From positions 15,686,001 to 15,750,000 of the forward strand of contig OZ004612.1 of NCBI GenBank assembly GCA_963924565.1: a DNA stretch of 64,000 bases, read 5' to 3'. The notes below the pieces were generated by a model. The model did not search any database. It was not told the DNA's origin and worked only from the letters and a program-made list of their open reading frames with translations. The DNA comes from Ascidiella aspersa. Its lineage: Eukaryota. This document shows, in pieces, positions 40,101-50,994 of this stretch. Every line of letters starts with the position of its first letter. Position 1 is the stretch's first letter. Both the position numbers and the translations under genes were made by a program.

Positions 40101-40618
40101 GAGACAACGTATTCCAGCAAATGTTTCCACTGCTGCATCGACTTTGCTGCATTGCATTGTCAATTCCTCTAGCAACCGCCTGGCCAGAGTGAGGATTTTC
40201 GACTCTATGTCGTGTTAAAACCAAGCAACGAAATAGGCTACTAAATATCACCCTGAATGCTCTAATCAACATTTCGATGAACGGTCCGGAGCAGCTCGTC
40301 ACTGACGAGGATACACAAAAGATAGCTGAGAAGTGGCAAAAAACAAAGGACCGACGAACAGTGACAGTGCGAGCATTGAAGGCGTTGGAATATGCAAACA
40401 ACAAAGAAATGGAAGCTGGCGGATGGGAACGGGATTGCGAATCTGTTTTGTTGCATGAGATAGAACCTGAAAAATTTGTTTTGTGATTGTGCACTGCCAG
40501 TAGCGTAATAAATAATTCGTTTAAGCAAATATGGCTATTTTTTGGTATTTAAATGAAACACTTGCGGTCTCTTAAAACTACTTAGCGGTCACCCAAACCA
40601 AACCTTAAAAAAAAACTG
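37114..40618 (+). mobile_element. Full-length decayed hAT DNA transposon (3505 bp)
   Basis: 17-bp TIRs CAGTGTTTTTTTAAGGT / ACCTTAAAAAAAAACTG (1 mismatch). Perfect 8-bp TSD GTCGTACC at 37106-37113 and 40619-40626. Internal transposase pseudogene. Confidence 0.95.
38193..40486 (+). pseudogene. hAT transposase pseudogene (ZNF862-like / hAT C-terminal dimerisation type)
   Basis: Fragments in shifting frames: Zn finger CLLCSKH...HLSSEQH, MVDETTDI (first catalytic D), DGAAAM (second D), HCHAHRLALA (CxxH), ACRTSWLSH, LATAWPE*GFSTL. The catalytic E is followed by an in-frame TGA at 40190-40192. Several frameshifts. Confidence 0.92.
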
Positions 40619-40870
40619 GTCGTACCCTTGCATGATACGGCATGTAAACTCAATTTTTCGCGCGATAAGGCTGAGATTGACTTTCATATTTGCGCACGAG
40701 ATCACTCTGGAAGTGCGGGTCTTTATAAGTTAATATGTTTTATGACGTCAGTATATAACGTAACCTATGACGTCACCTCTTTGATTTAATGGGTTTGGCG
40801 GCCCATTCTGCTATAAGATTGATCATCTCTGCGTTAGAGAGAGAATTTGAAAAGAAATGCGTACCACAAG

Positions 40871-40934
40871 CAGGGCTGTAGAGTCGGATTAGGGATTCGG
40901 ACTTGGGTTATTTTTAACCGACTCCGCAGCCCTG
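40871..40934. mobile_element. 64-bp internally deleted copy of the GAGTCGG-rich MITE
   Basis: CAGGGCTGTAGAGTCGG...CCGACTCCGCAGCCCTG. TSD ACCACAAG / ATCGCAAG (2 mismatches). Confidence 0.75.
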
Positions 40935-41763
40935 ATCGCAAGTAATAACTCGGACTTGACTTGCTATTTCTTTAGAATGATTTGAATTTGAATCCAATTA
41001 ACTTGCAAATAACCTGGCTGGGACTTGCGTCGTTTCAAAACGACTTTTTAGCACGTTAAACTAATACAAATACTGTATTTATATTGTTGTTTTTTTATTT
41101 GAATGTTTTTTTATTCAAGCAGTGGCGATAATACAAAAGCGAAATTCCTTTATGTGCTTCTCAATCCCTGCAAATGTGTTTTTACTAAATCAGACGTCGA
41201 CTGCCAATGGTGAGAGGGTTTCGTATTTACCAACAATTAAAGTATTCTGAATCGAGCAGCTTTTTTGTTAAACTAGTTGTTCTCAAAGTTAGTGTCGCTG
41301 GCAGAGAAGGAAGTGGTCCAGACATTTTACATAAACTATAAACTGTACGTGAGGGGAAACAATAATGTTAAAACATGTTGAAGTATTTGGCAGGGATTAA
41401 CAAAACGAATATTGCGTGCCACTACAGCAAGAAAGATAAATAACAATTATTGTGGAGACAGACACAATTTATTTTACAACTCGTTACCATACACTCGTAT
41501 ATCCCGAGAACAATAACCTTTTTTGGTTGTACATCCTACGTTTCTCTTAAATGTCATACCAATATTCTCCTTTAACCTACCAACATAGATCATTTAAAAT
41601 CTTCCAATTTTCCATAAAATCCAAACTTTGAAAAACTGACAAATATTTTTGACAAACTTTTCAAAGTTGTTCTTTCAAAATTTAAATATTTCCAAATAAA
41701 TTTATAATTCGGACCGTGTCTAGATTAATTGCAGTGACCTTAATATTAAGAAAAATACATTTA

Positions 41764-44700
41764 TCAACTTCTTGCTGACACTTGAGCTTGGACTAAATCA
41801 AAAATTGCTTCATCCAACAAAGTATATTTAGGAGGAACTATTTGTTCGGTGCGCTCCAGAATCACGTTGTTTGACCAACTCGAAGCACCAGATCTAGAAT
41901 GTAAAACATACTTCGGTGTAAACAAATTACTGTTATATATTTCAGTTGATGTTTTACAGGATTCCAGTGTGATTAAAAAAGTGGCGTTATTTTTTATTAC
42001 AAGACACAAAAAGCTTTACAGGGAATATATCGGAAAGATATTGGGGTTACTGCAGAGGTTTGCACTACTTAACAAAACAAATACTTTCTGTTTCCTGCCA
42101 TTAACAAAACTTTGGTTCACACTGTAGTCGAACAATTTACCTACCTTAAAAATATTAGACCTCTTGTGCATATGGCCATCTCTGCGGATGATACAAATTC
42201 ACCAACATCCTTCCATATCCAACCACATGACTTGTAGCGACTCTTCCAGAACGTTATGACGTCATCGGCAGTGAAAAGGGTTACACTCTATAAAAAGTAA
42301 ATTACCATAACTACGTCTCGAGAATATAATTGGCTCCTGTTTCGTTTTTACAAATTGTTTTATAATTAGTGGTTTTCAATTTAAGTTGCGTTCACATTTA
42401 TAGGAGTCGTAGGCTACAAAACCAAATTACCCTTTGGTGCAATTGATCAACACAGGGCTCCCAGCCGGGAGACGGGCATGCGAACGTTTTTCGCACAATG
42501 TTCGCAAAAATGTGCAAAAAATGTGCGCAATTTTTTCAGAATCTTATTTTTTATTTTATTCTTTTAGAATCTTATTTAATACATTTTGAGATAGGTAATG
42601 CGGGCATAATTTAATGCATATTTTACTGTTTTTCTCTTATTCTCCATCAATTGTTCTCGTCTTATTTTTGGTCGCTAAATCTTCTTCTCTAACTCTTCCC
42701 GCCTCCAACGATTTTTCTCGACTTTTCCATTAAGTTCTTCCTTTGAATTATTTTTTAAATATTCTTCCAACTCCTCCTCGAACGTTTTCTTAATTCTTTC
42801 TGGACTCTGCGTCGGGCTCTCTTTCTTTGACTTATTCTTTGAATCTACCTCCAACTATGCCTCTAATCCTCCTCCAACTCTTCCTTTAACTATTCCTCAA
42901 ACTCTTTCACCCACCCTGACTCCCGACCTTCCTCCAAACTCCCACTCTAAATATAACTCTAATTCCTCCAACACTGACTCTTTTCAACTCTTTCCATTCT
43001 CTCGAAAATAAAAACTAGTTATTATTTAAAGTAAAAATTTATTCCAAAGAGGTTAATTTACTTTCCGTTGGCAACAGGGTACGTGGCAAATGCCTTGATA
43101 AATGTGCACACTTTTCCAGAATGTCTGAATTAACATTTTGAAAAAAGTGCGCACTTTTTTAAAGTATAAAATTTGCGCACCTTCTGTAAAAATGGCGCAC
43201 ATTTTTAAGGCATTTTAAAATGAAGGCACATTTCGTGTTCACATTTTTGCGCACATTGTGCAAAAAACGCCACGTCTCCTGTTTCATATTTCCCAAAAAG
43301 CACTAAATAAATCATGTTAATCTTTTTACTGTTGCAAAGCAACCACAAAGTCATCGGATTTCAATAACTGATTTTATACACGATTTAAGTGCTTCGCTGC
43401 AGTATTATTTCACATTTTTACAAGTGGCCAAAACCTGTCTTTGCTTTTAAACCAATTTTACAAAATTAACATGTTAAAACATAAGGGCAGATTTTATCTT
43501 TTAATCCTACGAGGGTGTAAATTGGAGAACAAATTTGAATACCCTTGGTTTATAGCAACAAAATATTTTACGAAGTTAATACCTAAAGTAGTCACCAACA
43601 CATGTATAACGAAATACTTACATACTGTTCTTTAAGAATTGCACCAACTTCCAAAATCAACTTTGCTTCCATTGGAGGTGAGGCAATGTACACGTCACTA
43701 ATTGCCTGAGCGCTGCTCCGTATTTTCTCGTGCACTGCCGCCGCTATGTCTTTTGCTTGAAAAGTGTCGATGGTTTTGCACATATCCATAAACTCTTTTT
43801 TAACGCTCGCTCCTGGTCGAGAACACCTGTGCAAGCAGATTTGATTAGTACGGCGGTTGTAAACCTGTGGGTTATTACCGCCTAAGGCGTAATTTGACTC
43901 TTTTATGGGTGTACTTCAACATTGATTTGGGATTTTTGGCCGTTAAAAGACCCAAAAGTATGAAAAAATAAAAACAACGAAATTTAAACAAGGCCATTGT
44001 CGGAATAAAACATAAAATTTGGAACAAGACCCAGATAGGCCGACAACCTAATGGTCGAAATAGGGTATCAATCGGAATAAGACTTATGTCCATAAGAATA
44101 AATGGCTGGAACAAGTTCTAAACCCTGACCTCAGTCCTAACCTTATCCTTATCCTTACCCATCAACTTTAACCCAGGAAGTCGAACCGGAACTTTATGAA
44201 CCGGTTTTGGGCCAGTTTTAATCGAACCTGGACCGTTTTTTGTAAGATTTTAATTAGCTGAACCGGAACGGAACCGAATATTTTAAATGAATTTTAACCT
44301 TAAGCGAACCCAAACTTGTGAAGAAAGCGGTATACTTCCGCATGACCTCTAATTTTAAATATACAGAAGTTATGTCATGTTCGAAATTTTAAGAAAAAAT
44401 GAATTTGCAAAACGTTGATTTTTAGTATTTGAATGATGAACTTCTTGTTTCTTTAATGTCACGAAACTTAGGTTACAGACAAGTTACAATTTAATAATTA
44501 TTCTCTACATTTATTGAATCACATATTTAGATGTAACGCATCTCATATTTTATCCGAACCGGAACTTTATTAACCGGTTTTAAAAATATAATGGGTCAAC
44601 CACAGCTAAATTGTAACTTTTAAATTTGTTCGAATCGAAACCGGAACTGAATCGAATTCCGAAAAAATCTTTGAACCTGAACCGGAAAAGTTTAAGGGTT

Positions 44701-47700
44701 CGACTCCGTGCTTTATCCCAGCATGATTTACCTTGGTCTATTCTTGTAAATGTAAACTATACTCATTTTCTATTAAATGATTGGAATAATATCTATTAAT
44801 GTGAAGTCATAATAACAATAATAAAATTATTGATTAGGAAGAAAGTTAAGCTTTCATATAGCCAAGCCAACATTAATCGAATTTTAAGTTACTTTTATGG
44901 TTTGTGCGTAGAAAGTGACGATTAAAAAACATTACTTGTGCAAGTCGCAAACATTTAAAAAAAAAATGGCGTTAAAACGTTAACCAAAGAATCGTAATTA
45001 ATCTTGCCGTGACATCCAATCATCCTTGTCGTATCGCCAATGTACACTTATGAAGGGTCGACGTTTCATGACCTCATCGATAAAAGTGGTAGCCAAAGTT
45101 ACAATGTGCTTCGGTACGGGCGTGAATCGAACCACCTCACTGTAAAGGTCTTCATCGTTGGTAGCTCGAAGATCTAAAGTAAGATAATTACAATAAAAAA
45201 CTTTACGCTACTCCTTTCTGTAGCATTTAAAATAAGACTTGCCTAAAATTTGTAATTTACTCAGTATACTCACCAATATGTTGCGGTCTCGAATCTTTCG
45301 GTCGAATTTCTCGAACTTTTAGATGGGAGAAATGAAACGGATGAACAGCGCACCGCGCCTTTAAATACCAAATAAATTACGTAATAAATAGTAACAAAAC
45401 GATGTTAGTTACTAAAGTAATTTATGTGTTTTATACAAGTTGGTTCTATTTTTGTATAAATATGTCCCAGACAAGTTTTGCTATTATGTTTGTATAGGCC
45501 TTAGGCGTTCAATAAATAATATTCCAAAATAGACGTTACGTCGAAAAAGCCAGTCAATGTCACTTATATTGTTGAGTTACTTGCAACCATGCAATCTATG
45601 GCGTACTGCGGGTAGAACCCAAACTTGTTCATCGGCAGTTACTCGGTAACCTTTAGTTCATGACATCATTAGCAACAGTCTATTGTTATATATTTTTTAC
45701 AAAATCATATCCGAACAACATACCGCATGGTCGTACAGCTGCTTGATTGCCGCTTTCGATTTTTCGATTTCTATAAAGGGCTTGCCAACAATAGGTTTTA
45801 GTTCTTTTGGAAGCTCAATGAGTGGTACAGATTTCTATGATTAAAAAAGGAACAGCTTTTTTGGATTATATTACATTTGATTTGTAGTTACACTACTGTT
45901 TGATTACTCAATACTAGGATTCTCAAACTTTTTTAGCTTGCGACACAGCAAAAAATTAACAAAATATTTGCGTCACTCTTTTTACAAAACAACAATTTGA
46001 TAACTTAAGAAATTTCCTTTAAGTGAAAAGACATTCAATAATAGGCAAATGCCTCTCCAAAATGATAGTGTGCATTTAGGTTTTCCATGCTTGCTTGCAT
46101 GTGTGTTTCTACATAGGCCTTATAGGTGATTTTCTAAATTAACGAAAAAAGTTATACTAGGAAGCAGGGGCGCCCGCAAAAAATTTTCCAGTTGGGGGCA
46201 ATCAGGGGAAAATCGAAAAGGGGGTCCTGAATTTTCAACTTAGGGAATTCCCCTATTTTTCGTCTGACTTAATGAATAATGACGTCATAAAACAGTGACA
46301 GTATAACGTCATAGAATGGTGATTGCAAGACGTGATAAAAAAAATAATCAGAAACAGCCAAATACGTCCAGCAAAAGCGACCACGTGCGTCGTCAACAAT
46401 CCTGTCAGGCGCCAGCTGCAAAACACGGTAACTTCAGGCAAAAAAAAAACAAATTGTAGAATACACACTTGCTAATCAGTCAACCTAAATAAATAACGAA
46501 AAAGAACAACTTTCCAGCGTTTACGGTCGACGAAAAACGGCGTTTTGCACTCGATTTTGGTTTTGCATTAGATTAAGACGCGTGACCCAATTACTTTAAA
46601 AGCACGCCGCTTCGAACAATTTTTTAAAACATGACAAAAACGAACAAAAAACGATAATATAACTTACAAAAAGAGGGTAAGAACTCCCGCCCCCCTGGAT
46701 ACGCCCCTGGGGGCAATGGATAAAGTATAATATTTTTAACCTTCATATACATATTACACTTATAAATAATTGTAATAATCGCATGTTGAAATTCCAGGGG
46801 GGGGCAAGTGCCCCCCCCCCCCTTTCCCCCCCGTGCGGGCGCCCATGCTATAGTGCAGGGCTACTCAATTGGCGGACCGCGGTCCGAATGCGGACCTTTT
46901 CAATGTCGAATCCGGACCTTATCTGTCTCATTATTTATTTAGCAAAGCGATTTGATTATTTTTTTCTTGGCAAACAATTGCTGCTGTTCATTGAAAACCC
47001 CTTTCTATATTAACGGCACGACAGAATTCTCAGTTGAAGCGAAGGACTTATGCCGTATTACATTTTGTATGACTGTAAATTATTTCATAAGAGTTATAAC
47101 AGACCTAAGCAGATTTTAAATTTTTGTGATTGGACCTTTGTTAATAATAGTTGAGTAGCCCTGCTATAGTGTGTCGAGGCACACAGTTTGACAATCCCTG
47201 ACAATCGCCCTATACGTTCATAGACTATAAAACAAATTTGGCTTTAAGGTAGGCCTCAAAACGAAACTTCACAAAACGGTTTAGGATAGTTACTGCAAAT
47301 CGGATCTAAATCGGAACTTTTGAATTTCTTCGATTTCCTAAACAAATACCATAATTATGTGAACGATTTACTAAATTACATTTGTGACGATGTTCATTCC
47401 AGTCTGAAGTTGCATCCTTCGATATTTCGCAAGTGTTATTTCTTCCAGTCGGAGAACGACCTCGACATTCTCATTACAACGTTCTCGGAACTGATCAAGC
47501 GTCACAATTGGGATCAGCTTTTGGAGCGACGTCAGGTCAACACGGTGCCATGAATCCACCGTGTTTCTAGAATAAAATGAGAGCTTTTTTACGATGATGT
47601 ACAATATTTTTTATAAAGTTATAAGGGAAATTAGAAAACCAAGAATTATGTCCAGCATCATACTATAGTGATTCCCGGCCAACATACTTTTCACGAAAAG

Positions 47701-48872
47701 AAAACCAAACGAAACAAAAAAAATTCGCAGGAAGCTAAATACTCGTCAGTAAAATCAACTTCTCCGTATGTTTGACGTTCCCTCTATAAAGCAATCGAGT
47801 AGTCGCGTTGCAGCATTAAAGACCAGTTTTGCCACAGTCTGCAACAGCTTTAGTATAAAACTTAAACCGCGAACGAATTCGCTGTCTTCAAAATGTTGCC
47901 TCATTTCTTTGTGACACTTTAGGCGCGAACAGATTATATTATATTTTATAGCATTCATTTTTTCTAGCTTGGACCATGCTTTGAATAAGATGCAAAAAAT
48001 ATATGCTGGTATTTTTGTAATTCCAATGTTGGAATGTAAAAATTGGATCGCGAAGTCAAAAGAGTTTGGAACCTTTTTTATACAGGGTAGACATTTCAGG
48101 GTAGACAAATATAAAGTTCGGTAAACAGACAAATATTCTTTAGCCTTCCCGTCTTAATCAAGGCTAGTCATTTATAAGAGAAATAAATTTCAGTGTCTCG
48201 AAAAAAACAAAAAACAAAACAATTCATCCAAACACATTAACAGGTTGGTAGAAATTAAAAGTAAAACTAAGAATGAGCATCAAAAGCAGTATACATGGCG
48301 TGAGAGGTATACAGACTTGTTTTGTAGTGTTTTTTACTAAAAAATTGAAATATTTGCCGACACGACATTCATAATAAAGTAGCCTACGGGCACAACGCTT
48401 TTTAATTTTGTACTACAATTTGGGAATCAACTTACGATTGCGCACCATGCGTGAAGAACCGGGGTACAACGATAGTCCTGTTGAGGTAAATAGCAATGTA
48501 GATCGACTTTCGAAAACCAACCAACTGATTATTTGGTCCGTTTATCAAAACCGGTAGCATAAACCTATCTCGATTTAAGTTTATTAGCGGACGAACGTTC
48601 TTTAAATAGGTCTTTCGGACCTTAATAGGGCATGTGGGCGCCACAATCGCTTCGTTTACTGTTGTACTTGCAAAGGTTTGGAGAACTTGAATTTTTTTTG
48701 GCAGCTCAAGTTGATTTTCTGAATGGACTTCTGGGATTTCTTCGAACTTGTAAATAACCGTTTCATGTACGACGTGCCCCCTTCGCACAATTGAAACTAT
48801 AAGGAAAAGTACTATCGCTGATGCGACATACAGAAGGCGATTTAAAGTAATGCGCATCTTGCTGGTGAACAT
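41764..48872 (-). CDS. O-fucosyltransferase-family type II membrane glycosyltransferase, paralog D, 8 exons, ~487 aa
   Basis: ATG at 48872 (alternative 48857). Exons 48872-48436, 47566-47380, 45834-45724, 45358-45274, 45173-45008 (GC donor), 43826-43622, 42287-42145, 41893-41764. In frame (1464 nt). Motifs INGPNNQLVG, FISVHWRYDKDDW, VYIASPP, EMAICTRGLIFLRSGASSWS. Confidence 0.88.
42466..43281. mobile_element. Inverted-repeat element in intron 6 of paralog D with a pyrimidine-rich core
   Basis: GGAGACG..GC..CGTTTTTCGCACAATGTTCGCAAAAATGTG at the left versus CACATTTTTGCGCACATTGTGCAAAAAACGCCACGTCTCCTG at the right. TGCGCA-type subterminal repeats. No TSD found. Confidence 0.55.
44174..44710. mobile_element. 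hAT-type MITE, GAACCG-rich family, copy 3 (intron 5 of paralog D)
   Basis: TIRs CAGGAAGTCGAACC / GGTTCGACTCCGTG. TSD CTTTAACC / CTTTATCC. Confidence 0.88.
46165..46847. mobile_element. hAT-type MITE with GC-rich termini
   Basis: TIRs CAGGGGCGCCCGCA / TGCGGGCGCCCATG with GGGGGCAA subterminal motifs. TSD degenerate. Confidence 0.75.
46203..46709. mobile_element. hAT-type MITE nested in 46165-46847
   Basis: Ends CAGGGG.../...GGATACGCCCCTG. Perfect TSD GGGGCAAT at 46195-46202 and 46710-46717. Confidence 0.8.
46856..47163. mobile_element. hAT-type MITE (308 bp)
   Basis: Perfect 13-bp TIRs CAGGGCTACTCAA / TTGAGTAGCCCTG. Perfect TSD CTATAGTG at 46848-46855 and 47164-47171. Confidence 0.93.
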
Positions 48873-49764
48873 GCCTCTGGACACTTCACAGTCGCTACCT
48901 TTAAGGCTTGGCCAGCGGCATACCAGGTTGTATCAGAAACACGTTTACAACGTGTGGTTTAATACCAACCTCTCTACAAGTGCAATAGCGAAAGAAACAA
49001 AAAAGAAAAGTAATACACTTGGACGTGTTCCTGTTTTTAACTCACTTATAGGTTTTGGCTATTGTTAAAGGTTAGGATTAATAATATCGCATAACTCGAT
49101 GTTCAATATAAAACCAATAAATTAAATTTGCCGCAAAACGTAAAACGATTTATATTTATTAAGTTACACATTACTTTTGTAATATTATAAAGGCCATGTT
49201 GGGTTATAAATCTTAATAGTATTATAATAATAATAATCTATATCACATTTTCATTCATAAATAATAACGTCGGACGCTGCAGTCTGCTCGATATTAAAAT
49301 TATATATTGCATCAGCACCAACTAATTCTCAAAACTTATATTGAGTCTAGCTGTTGTCAAACTTAGGAAGTTTTCTAACTATTTTGAATAGTATAAATAT
49401 TCTTTGTTATCGTAGTTTATTAATCTATTGTTTTTTTTTTTATTTCCACTGTAAGCTAATACAAATCTGTCTCTAAGGCTAACTAGAATTGAATTCCGAA
49501 AGTGGCACCGTTTATAGTCGACAAACCGGCTTACTGAGCTGTGTCGTTATTACTTTCGCCCAGAAGAGCGTCGAGAACGTGGAGTAATCAGACGTTTGTC
49601 GCCGGGGGCGTTCATTTGCTATAGTTCAAATAAAACAACATCATATCACACTTGTCACATTTTCTGTCTTTATAACCGACTTGCTTATACTAGATTGCCG
49701 AGAAATATTAGAACAACATATGCAATGGTGAATTTAGATTTGTTACTCGATATACCAGGTTTAA

Positions 49765-49879
49765 GGTTGTGGGTATTAAAAAAACACGTTGCTTACCTTT
49801 ACTTGACACACATCTTTTTTGTGATCAGCAACAGCGAGTCAACATTTACAAGAGGTTATCTTCCATAATACCCACAACC
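49765..49879. mobile_element. 115-bp TTAA-flanked miniature inverted-repeat element (Kolobok- or Harbinger-like)
   Basis: TTAA|GGTTGTGGGTATTA ... TAATACCCACAACC|TTAA, a perfect inverted repeat. Confidence 0.7.
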
Positions 49880-50819
49880 TTAAACAATAATACTATAGTT
49901 GTTATGCTATATTTTCTTCAACAGAGTTGGTCTGCTACTATGTAACGTGTTTTGTTTTGCAAAGCAACTGCTCCCCGTGAATTCGATAATAATTTTACCT
50001 ATAGTGTGTTGATTTGGCTCACCTCTTACGTCAAAGTAACTAGTTGTTAGTCACTTACGTCAAAGTGACTGTTTAAAAAATACAAACAAATTGATCAGTC
50101 TCTTGTGTAAAAACTTCCCCAAATACCTTTCTAGAACTCATCTTTCCAATAAAAATAATTTCTGCCTTCCAGATTAGGTAACAGTTGTACATTTGTTACT
50201 CAACAGCTTTGTAATAAACAAAAATATGATTTTGAAGAGGTTGTACGTTTAGTCAATAACGATTACAGTGGCATATTTACGAGCAAGAAAAACGCGAACA
50301 ACACCCAATAGATGATTTAAACTTTAAAGCTTTAAATTACGACCAACACATTTAAAACAAAAAGTATAACTTTATTACAACTTCAGAATTAAAAAACAGC
50401 CCAAAAGAGGACAATGTATATACTTCCTCCTGGTTACATCTAATTATATAAAATATTTGAAGAGAGCGCAACCAAACAAATTGTACCAACAATCTAACAT
50501 GCATGTGATTGTGAGGGGCGGGGCATCAACTTAAACATAATTCGAAATAAGACATAAAACTATTATAATAGGACTTCAATTGCCAGAACTCTTTTGATCA
50601 ACCTTTTACTTAACCATAAACCCCACTCATTATTTAATCACTAATTAGGTCTTATTTGGACGAGTTGAGGAATTATTGCGTCGTAGATTTTTATTGCTTA
50701 TTTGATTTTATTGTGTTGTTGCTCATAATCCTATAATGTATTATAGGTAATTCCGCTTCAGATATTGGTGCTTTATAGGTCCTGTGTGTTCCCGATTAAG
50801 GCAGTTTTCTTTGCCTAAT

Positions 50820-50902
50820 CAATGTTATGTATAGTTTGGCCATAAGCAATGTTATGTATAGTTTGGCCATAAGCAATGTTATGTATAGTTTGGCCATAAG
50901 CA
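50820..50902. repeat. 27-bp perfect tandem repeat x3 downstream of the 7TM gene
   Basis: CAATGTTATGTATAGTTTGGCCATAAG three times. Confidence 0.95.
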
Positions 50903-50994
50903 TTGGAAAATCGTCAACTGCATTTGCGCCTATGCACGTTTACGAAACCTTAGCACATTTGCTAATATGTGACAATAGGTGATATTGCTGAAGT

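Larger units (their letters stand above)
45914..47200. mobile_element. Old hAT-type element in intron 2 of paralog D hosting younger MITEs
   Basis: Degenerate TIRs CTAGGATTCTCAAACT / AGTTTGACAATCCCTG. TSD not convincing. Confidence 0.5.

Noticed and set aside
40021-40494. 157-aa minus-strand ORF and other antisense ORFs over the transposon
   Set aside because: Antisense shadows of the transposase pseudogene.
7073-48872. Assigning the symbol POFUT1 or POFUT2 to the array genes
   Set aside because: Only clan-level motifs are shared; type II topology and motif variants (GPNNQ, YxASP, STWS) do not support orthology without a phylogeny.
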